A program made the position numbers and the translations under genes. A DNA stretch of 62,707 bases, the filler included, from Pseudomonadota bacterium (GTDB lineage Bacteria; Bdellovibrionota_F; JAHFAK01; JBDREC01): NCBI GenBank assembly GCA_043820105.1. It is 4 parts of 4 records of this genome, joined end to end, with 100 filler letters (N's around TTAATTAATTAA, not from the genome) between each part and the next. Parts side by side here need not be neighbours in the genome. Positions count along the whole stretch, not along the records: positions 44,725 to 62,707 come from JBDREC010000085.1; 3 more parts are not named here. One strand, given 5' to 3'. The stretch's first letter is position 1, and every line of letters starts with the position of its first letter. Under the pieces are notes generated by a model. The model was not told where the DNA came from and did not search any database. It worked only from the letters and a program-made list of their open reading frames with translations. Shown here in pieces: positions 49,093 through 59,535 of the stretch.

Positions 49093-49980
49093 ATGTTTAC
49101 AAAAGTATGGGGAAGCAGGGGATCTATACCAACCCCTGGTGAAAGAACCAAAAAATACGGTGGTAATACTTCATGTGTTGAATGCAGGATTGGAGATAAA
49201 ATTTTTGTTTTTGATGCAGGCAGTGGGCTTCGTGAGCTTGGGCTCTCTTTAATGGAAGAGTTTAAAGGCAAACCTATTACCCTGCATTTGTTTATTAGTC
49301 ACACACACTGGGATCATATTCAGGGGTTTCCTTTTTTTATTCCCTTTTATGTTCCTAATAATAATATTACTATTTATGGTGGCGCTGGGTTTGATAAAAA
49401 TCTTGAGCATTTGCTAACAAACCAAATGGACTCAAATTATTTTCCAGTTGGTCTTGGAGAGCTTTCTTCTAATATTAAATTTGTAAATCTAGTTGGTTTG
49501 CCAGTGTATATTGATGATGCAAAGCTTACAACTCATTATCTTAATCACCCTGGTTTAACCCTTGGATTTAGGATTGATTACCAAGGTAAAACAGTTGTTT
49601 ATGCATTAGATAATGAACCTTATTCAGATATGTTCAAGCTTAAAAATTCTGACTATACTCAAGAAGATCTCGAGTTTTCAGACTCCTTAGAAGAAAAATA
49701 TATAGAATTTATTCATGGCGCTGATATTTTATACGCTGATGCTCAATATACCAAGGAAGAATATAAAAAATTCATTGGATATGGACACTCCTTTTTAGAT
49801 TATACCGTTGGAACAGCTATAAAAGCTAATGTAAAAAAGCTTATTTTCTTTCATCACGATCCAATGCATACTGATGAGATTATTGATAAATACTTTGATG
49901 AATGGCAAAATAAATTAAAGGAAGAAGGATCTAATTTAATATTAGAATGCGCCAGGGAGGGGCAAATAATAGAAATTTAA
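49093..49980 (+). CDS. MBL-fold metallo-hydrolase (phosphodiesterase/RNase Z-like)
   Basis: WGSRGSIP, YGGNTSC, SHTHWDHIQG, FHHDP. Confidence 0.9.
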   Translation: MFTKVWGSRGSIPTPGERTKKYGGNTSCVECRIGDKIFVFDAGSGLRELGLSLMEEFKGKPITLHLFISHTHWDHIQGFPFFIPFYVPNNNITIYGGAGFDKNLEHLLTNQMDSNYFPVGLGELSSNIKFVNLVGLPVYIDDAKLTTHYLNHPGLTLGFRIDYQGKTVVYALDNEPYSDMFKLKNSDYTQEDLEFSDSLEEKYIEFIHGADILYADAQYTKEEYKKFIGYGHSFLDYTVGTAIKANVKKLIFFHHDPMHTDEIIDKYFDEWQNKLKEEGSNLILECAREGQIIEI

Positions 49981-49985
49981 TTATT

Positions 49986-50810
49986 ATGTTTCCAAATTTA
50001 TTTTTTAAACCTACAATATCCATCTTCACCCTAAAATTATCCTCCTATTTTTTATTCATGTTTACTGGCATATTTTTAGCAGCTGTTTTGCTGCTTTACT
50101 TAACTAGAAAAGAAAAAGAAATAGATAGAGCAAGGCTATTTGATTTTATGCTTACTGTGATTTTTTGCGGACTTTTAGGAGCTAAGCTTTTTCATGTTTT
50201 AATTGAAAAGCCTGCTTTTTTCTTCAAAAATCCAATGAATATTTTTCGGTATTGGAACTTGGGATTCGTTTATTACGGTGGACTTATAGGCGGATTAGTT
50301 GGTGGAGTTTTATACAGCAAATTTGCAAAGATTTCTTTTTTTAAATTTGCTGATATTGTTTCGCCATTTCTATCTTTTGGTTTAGCAATTGGGAGAATGG
50401 GTTGTTTGTCTGCAGGATGCTGCTATGGAAAACCCACTGATTTTTTTTGGGGAATAACTTTTTCTAAGACAAAAATAGTTGATAATGTTATTCCACAGGT
50501 GCTGGCCAGACATCCTGAATACATAGGAGTAATGGTTCATCCAACACAGATTATTTCTGTGTTATGCAATTTTATGATTTTTATTATTTTAATTTTTATT
50601 GCAAAGAATAAAAGATTTGACGGTCAAATAGTTTTTCTTCTCTGTATTTTATATTCTGCTTTTAGATTCTTTTTAGAGTTTTTAAGAGGTGATGAAGGAA
50701 GAGGAATGTATTTTAATAATTTTATTTCCACTTCTCAGATTATCGCAGTATTAATTTTTATTTTTTCTATTGTTTTGTATTTAAAAAGAAGGAATAAAGA
50801 AAATAAATAA
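49986..50810 (+). CDS. lgt: Prolipoprotein diacylglyceryl transferase
   Basis: YYGGLIG, IGRMGC, HPTQ, RFFLEFLRGD. Confidence 0.93.
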   Translation: MFPNLFFKPTISIFTLKLSSYFLFMFTGIFLAAVLLLYLTRKEKEIDRARLFDFMLTVIFCGLLGAKLFHVLIEKPAFFFKNPMNIFRYWNLGFVYYGGLIGGLVGGVLYSKFAKISFFKFADIVSPFLSFGLAIGRMGCLSAGCCYGKPTDFFWGITFSKTKIVDNVIPQVLARHPEYIGVMVHPTQIISVLCNFMIFIILIFIAKNKRFDGQIVFLLCILYSAFRFFLEFLRGDEGRGMYFNNFISTSQIIAVLIFIFSIVLYLKRRNKENK

Positions 50811-50860
50811 TGAGATAAAAATAACAACTAAAGTATATATTTTGAATTTGGGGGTTTGGT

Positions 50861-53800
50861 TTGAAAAAGAAAATTTTCATATTTGTTTTGTTTGCAAGTC
50901 TAATTTTTGCAAAAGAAGATTTTAATATTAGGCTTTTAGCCACAAGAAACTTGGCCCCCAGCTGGGGAGGTGATTTTGAATATGATCTTTTACGATTCTG
51001 TTCGAAACAAGGATTTGAGGTTTTAGAAATAAATCGACAAATAATCTATTTTAATAAAAATTACTACCTATTCAATTATCCTAGTGATTTAGACATTAAG
51101 CAATCACCTGGAATTTCACAATTAATGAATTTAAAACCATATGAAACCATAAATGGCTTGGATTCCAATTCGTCTTATTTGTTTACAGATCCACAGCTTA
51201 ATTATCCTCTGATAGATAACTTTAAAAAAGAATTTGAAGATTCGTTTTCTGAGACTGGAAGATATTTAAATAAAATTGATATTGATTTGCTTAAATCAAA
51301 AAGTCCTTCTGGAGAAGACATCTTAATTGCCCATTTTAATGATGAAAAAAATTATCCGAATAATTTCTGGCTATATTCCTATTTGGAAAAATATAAAATA
51401 AAAATAAAAGACAGAATTGTTAATGTCTATCAATTGGGTAAAATTCGAAATGGTATTGACGCCATGGCAGTAAAGCTTAAAGAAATAAAAAAAGAAATTA
51501 AACTTAATCCTATTTTATTATCTCCTGGGAATATAATTGAATCTGGTGTTTTCCAGGCAGCGGACAATTACAGTAAATTGTATTTGGATATACTAAAGGA
51601 AATCAATTTTGAAGCTTTAAATGTTGATTATTATGAAATTGAGTTATTTATAAAACTTTTATCCAGGTCTGAACAAGGTTTTTTTGATTTCAAGAAACTT
51701 GATCTTCCCTTTATTTCCAGCAACTTCTTTTATAATGAAGATTTCGAAAAGCAGCTCATTGAAAATGGTTACCTTGAAGATATATCGCAGAAAACACAAG
51801 AAAATGAGTCAGGAGAATTAAAAAGCGCCAAAAAGAATGAAAACGATGATCCTGTTGTTAAAACCAGGAGACATGTTTTTAAACCATATATTATAAAGGA
51901 AATTAATGGATTGAAAATTGGTTTTATTGGAATAACTGATACAGACGCAGTAAAAGATATACCTGGATTGAGAAAATATTTTCATGTTTCTTCAAATATT
52001 AGAAGACAGGAAGAAGCTATAAAGGAGCTTAGGGAAAAAGTTGACCTGCTTGTTTTGCTCGCTCAATTCGACAGTCACGGAACAGCTGATCTTGAAGACT
52101 TTTTTACAGAAATTGATATTTATATTGGTAAAGCCTATGTAGGGACCAATATAGATGAAGAATCGATTAATTTAACAGATCTAAAGAACAGATCTATCTT
52201 TAAAAATTCTGTTATTTCCAAGGTTATAAACAGAAGGATTACACAAATAGATTTATCAGTTAAACACGATAAAAATGAAAAGCCCTACTTAAATGGACTG
52301 CATTCTGAATATATTAAACTCTACGAAAATCTTGCTAAAAGAGATATAAATATTTCACAGGAACTTTGGAAGTATGTTGTTAATCAGGCTTTTTCTCAAG
52401 AAAGCCAAAAACTTCTGCCTGACCCACGAAAAGTATGGAGGGATTATAAATTCCAATGTGGAAACGATGAATGTGAAAAAATATATTTAAAGACAAATGA
52501 ATTTTCCAGATTGGTTGCTTCTTTAATGAGGCAGGGTTCTGACAGTGAAATTGCTTTTGTTCCTTATTTCAGTACAAAGGGTAATTCAACAGGGGAAATA
52601 TCACAAGCACAAATCGAAAATTGGCTGCGTGGTTCAGGCGACATTGTCACTTGCGAACTTTCTGGTTCCCAAATTTTAAGCTTTATAGATAAAATTAAGG
52701 CAATGACATTTAGTAATGATTATAGATATACTATAGTTGGTTTAGATACGGCAGTTGAATCAAACGTGGCTTCTCTTTACAGAAAAAATCCATATGTTAA
52801 AGATTCTATTACTTTACATTGGAAACAAATCGATCCAACTGAATATTATAAGGTTGTAACAACTGATAAGATGTTTATGAACACTGAGATGCTCCCTGAA
52901 TTTAAAACCGCTAAAAATGTAAAAAAGAATTTCATTTATAAAAATAAAAAAATAAAATCCACATTTTCAAGTGAAGCGAAATTATCAATTAAAAATTTTG
53001 CTATTCTTAATCTCCGTGATATAAATAAAGAAATCGAAAATGATATTAATAATAAACTTTTGAAATCTCTGCCTTCAAACATAGTTAATCTAATGAATAC
53101 TGAGAATAAAATAATAAAGGCAAAACTTGATAAGCTCGTTGAAAATTCAAAAAATGAAATAAAAGAAAAGGAATACAATTTATATTATGAAAAACTAAAG
53201 GAGATTTACTGGGGCTTAGAAAGAAAAAAAGGCCCATTTTATTTGATAAATTTGAAGAAAATAAGCTTTGATTTTGCAAAGTCTGATTTAATGAATAATG
53301 AAGATTTTGGAGAGGTGCAGAATTCAAGAATTACTAGTTATGATACATTTTTTTTGGGTGGAACTAGTGATTTATATTTTGAAATGTATGATAAAAAGTA
53401 TAGCTTAACAATTGGTAATGAACTAGCCTTTTCTAAATCAACATTTTATACACCAGAAGAAACACTTGTAAACATTACAAACAATGAAATTTATACATAT
53501 GCTGAAATATTTTATAAATTATTTGAGGCTGAAAATTCAAAGCTTTTAAGTTCTGCTGGCCCATTTTTTGAGTTAGCATGGGATACACAATTTGTAGCAC
53601 CAGTAAATACTACTAAAAGAAATTCAGCAATTGTTATTGGTGGCGCGAAAATTTACGAAGGAAGTGAAATTAGCGAATGTAAAATTGGTGGAATTGCAGA
53701 CCTTGATTATTCTTCTGGAAATGGTAATGAGGAATTTGGTCTTTACGGAGCAATTGATATTCAAAAATATCTTTTTAGTAATAGTATAATCTGGGAAACA

Positions 53801-54040
53801 CAATCAGACCTTGTTTATTTTTTTGATTCAGTAAATGATGATGCAACTGATCTTGGTTTAGAATGGACAACCAGATCAGAGTTAATGGTTCCTTTTCTTG
53901 GACAATTGTATCTATCGCCATTTGTTGATTTCATTCTCTTTACTGGAAAGACAAATCATGAGCTAGGCTATGGCCTTGATTTCGGGGTTTCATTAGAATA
54001 TACGAAGTTCTGGAAACCACAGTTTCAAAGTTTGTTTTAG
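50861..54040 (+). CDS. Exported protein: divergent 5'-nucleotidase-like domains plus C-terminal beta-barrel-like region
   Basis: KPYIIKEINGLKIGFIGIT, VDLLVLLA, ELSGSQI, YYKVVTTD; amphipathic beta strands at the C-terminus. Confidence 0.6.
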   Translation: MKKKIFIFVLFASLIFAKEDFNIRLLATRNLAPSWGGDFEYDLLRFCSKQGFEVLEINRQIIYFNKNYYLFNYPSDLDIKQSPGISQLMNLKPYETINGLDSNSSYLFTDPQLNYPLIDNFKKEFEDSFSETGRYLNKIDIDLLKSKSPSGEDILIAHFNDEKNYPNNFWLYSYLEKYKIKIKDRIVNVYQLGKIRNGIDAMAVKLKEIKKEIKLNPILLSPGNIIESGVFQAADNYSKLYLDILKEINFEALNVDYYEIELFIKLLSRSEQGFFDFKKLDLPFISSNFFYNEDFEKQLIENGYLEDISQKTQENESGELKSAKKNENDDPVVKTRRHVFKPYIIKEINGLKIGFIGITDTDAVKDIPGLRKYFHVSSNIRRQEEAIKELREKVDLLVLLAQFDSHGTADLEDFFTEIDIYIGKAYVGTNIDEESINLTDLKNRSIFKNSVISKVINRRITQIDLSVKHDKNEKPYLNGLHSEYIKLYENLAKRDINISQELWKYVVNQAFSQESQKLLPDPRKVWRDYKFQCGNDECEKIYLKTNEFSRLVASLMRQGSDSEIAFVPYFSTKGNSTGEISQAQIENWLRGSGDIVTCELSGSQILSFIDKIKAMTFSNDYRYTIVGLDTAVESNVASLYRKNPYVKDSITLHWKQIDPTEYYKVVTTDKMFMNTEMLPEFKTAKNVKKNFIYKNKKIKSTFSSEAKLSIKNFAILNLRDINKEIENDINNKLLKSLPSNIVNLMNTENKIIKAKLDKLVENSKNEIKEKEYNLYYEKLKEIYWGLERKKGPFYLINLKKISFDFAKSDLMNNEDFGEVQNSRITSYDTFFLGGTSDLYFEMYDKKYSLTIGNELAFSKSTFYTPEETLVNITNNEIYTYAEIFYKLFEAENSKLLSSAGPFFELAWDTQFVAPVNTTKRNSAIVIGGAKIYEGSEISECKIGGIADLDYSSGNGNEEFGLYGAIDIQKYLFSNSIIWETQSDLVYFFDSVNDDATDLGLEWTTRSELMVPFLGQLYLSPFVDFILFTGKTNHELGYGLDFGVSLEYTKFWKPQFQSLF

Positions 54041-54117
54041 AAAAGGGAACAAGAGCGCAGGAGCGCAAGGGAACAAGGGAAAATCGTTAATTTGGAAAAG
54101 TAATAGAGGAGAATTAA

Positions 54118-55326
54118 ATGAAAAAGGAATTATTTGATACTTTGATTGATAAAAATGATAAGAAGATTGTTTTATTTATTTTGGATGGACTAGGTGACTT
54201 GCCTTATCCTCCTGCCAATCAGACTGCACTAGAAACAGCGAATTGTCCAAACTTAGATAGCCTTGCTTCAAAATCAGAGCTTGGTCTGTTTAATCCTATA
54301 GAGCCTGGAATTACACCAGGCAGTGGCCCTGGGCATTTGGGAATATTTGGCTATGACCCAATCGAGTATAATATAGGTAGAGGGGTATTGGGAGCACTGG
54401 GAACAGATTTTGATATCAAGGTCGGTGATCTGGCAGCTCGCGTGAATTTCTGTACTATTAATGAATCAGGTGAGGTTACAGATAGAAGAGCGGGGAGGAT
54501 AGCTACAGAAATTAACGAAAGACTTTGTAAAAAGATTAATGATAATATTAAAGTTGATTCAAAAGTTCAGTTTTTCTTTCAACCAGAAAAAGAACATAGG
54601 GCTTTGATGGTTCTAAGAGGCGAGAGTTTATCTGATAAGGTCTTAGAAACAGATCCATTAAAAATGGGTTTAAAAACAATTGATCCTGATGAAACCTGCG
54701 AAAAGGCAAAATATACTTCGAAGTTATATAAGGATATACTTAGTCAAATAAAGGAAATATTAAAAGATGAAGAAAAAGCGAATATGATTCTTTTGCGCGG
54801 ATTTGCAATTTATGAAAAGATACCATCAATGAATCAAAGATTCGCTCTTAATCCTATCGCCATATGTGAATATCCTATGTACAGAGGACTAGCTAAGCTC
54901 GTTGGAATGAAATTATCTCGTTCGTATTCAGATGTTTCAGAGATTCCATTAATTCTAAAAGAAAACTGGAAGGAAAATGATTTCTTTTTTGTACATTTTA
55001 AAAAAACAGATTCAGCAGGAGAAGATGGGGATTTTGAAGCAAAAGTGAAGGCAATTGAAATCGCAGATAAAGTAATTCCTGAAATTGAAAGCTTAAGTCC
55101 AGATGTGTTTATTGTAACAGGCGATCATTCGACACCAGCTTTTTATAAAAACCATAGCTGGCATACAGTGCCATTTCTTTTGAAAAGCAAATTTGTCAGG
55201 CAATCAAGAGCAAGTAAATTCGATGAGTATACCTGTCAAACCGGTGCCTGGCCACAGCTTGCAGCGAAAATGTTAATTAACTTGATGCTAGCAAACGCTG
55301 ATAAGCTCAAGAAATATGGAGCTTAA
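54118..55326 (+). CDS. apgM: 2,3-bisphosphoglycerate-independent phosphoglycerate mutase (archaeal-type)
   Basis: LDGLGD, PGSGPGHL, DRRAGRI, KKTDSAGEDG, TGDHSTP. Confidence 0.92.
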   Translation: MKKELFDTLIDKNDKKIVLFILDGLGDLPYPPANQTALETANCPNLDSLASKSELGLFNPIEPGITPGSGPGHLGIFGYDPIEYNIGRGVLGALGTDFDIKVGDLAARVNFCTINESGEVTDRRAGRIATEINERLCKKINDNIKVDSKVQFFFQPEKEHRALMVLRGESLSDKVLETDPLKMGLKTIDPDETCEKAKYTSKLYKDILSQIKEILKDEEKANMILLRGFAIYEKIPSMNQRFALNPIAICEYPMYRGLAKLVGMKLSRSYSDVSEIPLILKENWKENDFFFVHFKKTDSAGEDGDFEAKVKAIEIADKVIPEIESLSPDVFIVTGDHSTPAFYKNHSWHTVPFLLKSKFVRQSRASKFDEYTCQTGAWPQLAAKMLINLMLANADKLKKYGA

Positions 55327-55334
55327 ATTAATTT

Positions 55335-56009
55335 ATGATTCCTTTTAAGGATGATAATCCATCAGCAACGTTTCCAATTGTAACGGTTTCTTTAATAATA
55401 ATAAATGTGGCTGTTTTTATTTTTCAATTATACCTGGGAAAAAACAATGGATATTTCATATATAATTATGGGGTTATTCCAGCTGAGATATGGGGATTTA
55501 AAAATATTGCACACTCAACAGAAATAAATCCCTTTTTATCGATAATAACATCAATGTTTTTACATGGTGGGTATTTGCATCTTATTGGAAACATGTTATA
55601 TCTATGGATATTTGGAGATAACATTGAAGATACCTTCGGGCATTTTTCCTTTTTAATATTTTATATTATTTGTGGGATTGTTGGTGCAAGTTTTAATATT
55701 ATTTTTTCACCAGGATCTCAAATCCCAATGATTGGGGCTTCTGGAGCAATTGCGGGAGTACTCGGTGCTTATATTTTAAGATATCCTTTTGCTAAAATAC
55801 ACACATTATTTATTATAATTATATTTTTTAAAATCTTTAAACTGCCAGCTTTGTTTGTCTTGGGCTTTTGGTTTTTTATCCAAGCCATGAATTCATTGCC
55901 TTCAATTGGCTACACTGGCGGGCAAGTGGCTTGGTTCGCTCATGTAGGAGGGTTTGTTGCTGGATTTTTAATTATGTTATTTTACCCAAAGACTAAAAAG
56001 ATTTTTTAG
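55335..56009 (+). CDS. Rhomboid intramembrane serine protease
   Basis: HLIGNM, GASG, AHVGG. Confidence 0.95.
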   Translation: MIPFKDDNPSATFPIVTVSLIIINVAVFIFQLYLGKNNGYFIYNYGVIPAEIWGFKNIAHSTEINPFLSIITSMFLHGGYLHLIGNMLYLWIFGDNIEDTFGHFSFLIFYIICGIVGASFNIIFSPGSQIPMIGASGAIAGVLGAYILRYPFAKIHTLFIIIIFFKIFKLPALFVLGFWFFIQAMNSLPSIGYTGGQVAWFAHVGGFVAGFLIMLFYPKTKKIF

Positions 56010-56024
56010 ATCAGTAAAATGGCT

Positions 56025-58862
56025 TCATTTCAAGGCGATTCCGAGGATTCTTCTTAAAGAAAAAAACTCTTCTGACATGTTGAAACGAAGGAGCTGAGCA
56101 ACACGGTCTGATTTAGATAAATAAACTAACCTATTAGCATTAAATTCAATTGGATCAAAATTTGGATCTGATTGAACTATATATTCAACAGATTCTAGCA
56201 AGTCATTACTGGCCAACAATCCAGATCGATTTGAGGTGTGTATAAATGATGAAACGATTTGTTCAATAGGGTAATCATTTTTTATTGAAGCATATTCAAT
56301 GAAATAATTTCTTAAAGTTTCACGTTGTGCTTTTGATAAAATTCGATCGACTTTTGATTGAATTTCACTTGATAAGACATCACCTGAAACAAACTCCTGG
56401 TATTCTGGTAAAACAGTATAACCAATAGTATCAATTATTTTTTCGATTTTTTTTGCATCTAAGTAAAGATAAACAGCATTATAGTTGACAATATGTTCAA
56501 CTGCTTTAGCTAGAGCAAAACGTAAGCACGCAGGAGACATTTTATTAATTTTATTTTTATCAATAATAAGGGTCGGATTTTTATATCCCTCTATTTCAAA
56601 GGTCCTGGCTAGTTTTCCACTAACAATATAAAGTCTTATTTTCGGGCTTTCTAAGAAAGAACAAATCTTTGTAAATATTTTTTCATATTTTTTTGTAACA
56701 GAAGAATCTTCTTTTTTTATTCCTCCAAAAGATTTCGTAATTTCTGTTCTGTGAATTCTATACACTATTGGATATATTGTCTGAAGTATTATTAATATGG
56801 ATGCTGGAAATTGTTTGTGAGTTAAGTGCGTAATTCTTAAATCTTGAGTAATGTTTTTAGGCAATATTTTGTGATATTTTGCCCTATATTCAGTAATATA
56901 TTTCCATGCTTCTTGGTGTTCAGGATCAAGCGCCATTAGGGCACTATAGGAACAATAAGCGTGGTCAATAAAATTTAAATCCAAATAAAGTGTTGCCAGG
57001 TTCTCATATACTTTTTCCTTAAATGGGTTTAAGCTCAGCACTTCTTCAAATCCTTTTATTGCCTTTAGCTTTTGTTCTGATTTTATATAGTTTTCAGCAA
57101 TCTTTTGTTTTACAACACTATTGTCATAATCAATTTCAGTAATACCTGTTTGCGTTGGATCCTGATTGTTTTTTATCGTTTCGAAAAAATAATTCGACTC
57201 TTCTTGAAGTAAGCTTGCTTGTTCAGGAGTCTTTATAAAGTCCTTTTCTTTATTAAAAAGTTCTTTTACAAGATCAAAATTGTTGTTTTTTATAGCACAT
57301 AACCTTATGTTTCTATATAAAATATAGTTAGATGGATCACATTTTAAGGCATTTGTCATAAGGCTTAAAGCCTTTTTGTTTTCATTCTTGGTAATTTCTG
57401 CTTTCGCCAGTTCAAAATATATATAAGATTTAACAGAAGCTCTATTGCAAAGACTTTCAAGGCCCATGTCACTAAGATATTGCACAAACTCAATGGCTTT
57501 GCCGTTTACGGCTGTTTTAATGGGATCTAATTTTATGGTGTTTTCAGTGTTTTCATTATCTTTAGTCAGTTCCCTTTCCAGTGTTTTGTCATAATGAGCA
57601 GCGATTTCTTTGTAAATTTCGATTTGTTCTTTTTCATTTGTGTGTTTTGTAAGACCTTTATAAAAATCTATAATAGCCATGCGGTTTTCATTATCTTCAA
57701 AAAGAGTGTTTAAGATGTTAAAAAGACGCTTGTTGATTTTAAGCTTTGAAATTATTTTTGTCAGATTTTTTGCGTTTATAGTTTTGTTTTTATCATAATT
57801 TAATATTTGAGAAAATAAGTTTAAAAAATAAAAAGTATCTTTAGCTAAAATAGGTTCGTAATCAGAAATGAGGCGGTCAAGTTTGGAAAAATTATTTTCT
57901 TTTATGAGTTTGTTAAGCTTGCAAACTAGTGTAAACCTGGTTTTTTCATTTTCATTAGATGTTTCCTTTAAAAGGGTTTCTATGGATTCGTCATCTTTCA
58001 AGTAGCTAAATAAATCCGCTAAAATCTTGATTATGAACTCATCTTCTTTGTGTTTTTTTCTGGCTTCTGCAAAATAATCAATGGCTTTTTTTAACTCAGA
58101 ATCTCTTATTAAATTCTCACCCTTTATATAAGGGGAAATTAAAAAAAGATCAGTTTGTCCTGTTTCAGTAATTTCTTTTTCTTCTTTAGATTCTTGTTTT
58201 GAAAATATATTTATTAAATTACCATCACAAGTTGTTTCAAGCAAAAGAGTATCCGGAATATTAATATCATGAAAATCGAATTCTTTTTTTATTTCATTTG
58301 CAAAAATCCTGTTAATGTTCAAACAGATTTTTTTAACACCTTCAAAAGCAACGTTTTCATTGCCAAAGGACTTGAATATATTAGCAAGAATATCATAAAC
58401 AAAATGATCACTTTGTCCTAATATATAATTATCATCAATTAACAAAATAAGATGATCTTTTGATTTTGGTTTAATATAGCCTTTAAACATAAGGGCAAAA
58501 GGATCTTTGTTCTTGTCATTAAAATCAATGGCATTAAAAAATAATCTTCTTAGATCAAAATCAAGATTTGCAAATGAAAAGTTATATAGAGTTTTGAAAT
58601 GCTCATTAACAAATTGGCTTAATTTGTTTTTATTTAATTCTATGTTTAATTTTGAAAGCTCTAAGGTTCTATTTTTTATGTTTAGAGCAAAATTTGTTTT
58701 ATCTAAAACCAACCCGTCCTTTTTTTGTTTTTCAACTTTTAGTTCAATGCTTTTAACAATGGCATATTTTGAAAGAATAATATCTTTTGTATTTACAATA
58801 CATGGTTTTTTTGCTATTTTTTTAAAACTGAAGAAGGAGAGAATTAATTTATCTTTAATCAT
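56025..58862 (-). CDS. Large TPR-repeat protein
   Basis: TPR-like helices; C-terminal NRSGLL motif like myxobacterial TPR proteins. Confidence 0.7.
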   Translation of the reverse strand: MIKDKLILSFFSFKKIAKKPCIVNTKDIILSKYAIVKSIELKVEKQKKDGLVLDKTNFALNIKNRTLELSKLNIELNKNKLSQFVNEHFKTLYNFSFANLDFDLRRLFFNAIDFNDKNKDPFALMFKGYIKPKSKDHLILLIDDNYILGQSDHFVYDILANIFKSFGNENVAFEGVKKICLNINRIFANEIKKEFDFHDINIPDTLLLETTCDGNLINIFSKQESKEEKEITETGQTDLFLISPYIKGENLIRDSELKKAIDYFAEARKKHKEDEFIIKILADLFSYLKDDESIETLLKETSNENEKTRFTLVCKLNKLIKENNFSKLDRLISDYEPILAKDTFYFLNLFSQILNYDKNKTINAKNLTKIISKLKINKRLFNILNTLFEDNENRMAIIDFYKGLTKHTNEKEQIEIYKEIAAHYDKTLERELTKDNENTENTIKLDPIKTAVNGKAIEFVQYLSDMGLESLCNRASVKSYIYFELAKAEITKNENKKALSLMTNALKCDPSNYILYRNIRLCAIKNNNFDLVKELFNKEKDFIKTPEQASLLQEESNYFFETIKNNQDPTQTGITEIDYDNSVVKQKIAENYIKSEQKLKAIKGFEEVLSLNPFKEKVYENLATLYLDLNFIDHAYCSYSALMALDPEHQEAWKYITEYRAKYHKILPKNITQDLRITHLTHKQFPASILIILQTIYPIVYRIHRTEITKSFGGIKKEDSSVTKKYEKIFTKICSFLESPKIRLYIVSGKLARTFEIEGYKNPTLIIDKNKINKMSPACLRFALAKAVEHIVNYNAVYLYLDAKKIEKIIDTIGYTVLPEYQEFVSGDVLSSEIQSKVDRILSKAQRETLRNYFIEYASIKNDYPIEQIVSSFIHTSNRSGLLASNDLLESVEYIVQSDPNFDPIEFNANRLVYLSKSDRVAQLLRFNMSEEFFSLRRILGIALK

Positions 58863-58895
58863 GATTTGTTTGAAATTAAATAATAATAGTTAAGA

Positions 58896-59534
58896 TTACT
58901 GGAAAACAAAGTAGAAACCAAGTTGAAAATTTATTTCGAAAATAAACAACCAAGATGATTTTAGGGTTGTAAAGGTGCCAGTTTCGGTTCCAATTTCCAT
59001 TCCAAAATTTTTAGTAAATGGGAAATCAACGCCAGCTGCGAAACCAAAGCCAAGTAAGTTTCTTTGGAAATATTGAGTTCTGTCATCTGCTGTAATAGCT
59101 GAAATATCAAATAAGGAAAGAGTTCTAATTCCAGCAGTAACATAGGGATTCATTATGCGTCTTTTGTTTTCAATTAATATTGTTTCTTCTGTGCCCTTTA
59201 CATATTTAACCTTTGAGGCTGCATAAGGATAAAACTTAAACAATAAACCAGAAGCAAGTGCTATGTAATTATCTGTAAACTCTTCAGAGTCGCTGCCTGT
59301 AACGTTAAAATTAATATATTGAACAGGAATGGCTAAATTAAATTTATTTGATAAATCATATTCAAATAAGACGGAGGCAGTTGGAGCATAAATAAAAACC
59401 CTTGAGTCTGATGTGCTTTCATCTGCAAGTATAGGCGCAAAACCACCACTTACTGAAATTTTATTAGATGTAGCAAAAATTGAAGCACTTGAAATAAACA
59501 TTAATAATAAAGCTGGTAGGAAATATTTTTTCAT
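58896..59534 (-). CDS. Small outer-membrane beta-barrel protein
   Basis: Signal peptide, NPYVTAG, GFGFAAGVDF, C-terminal QLGFYFVF. Confidence 0.75.
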   Translation of the reverse strand: MKKYFLPALLLMFISSASIFATSNKISVSGGFAPILADESTSDSRVFIYAPTASVLFEYDLSNKFNLAIPVQYINFNVTGSDSEEFTDNYIALASGLLFKFYPYAASKVKYVKGTEETILIENKRRIMNPYVTAGIRTLSLFDISAITADDRTQYFQRNLLGFGFAAGVDFPFTKNFGMEIGTETGTFTTLKSSWLFIFEINFQLGFYFVFQ

Positions 59535-59535
59535 A

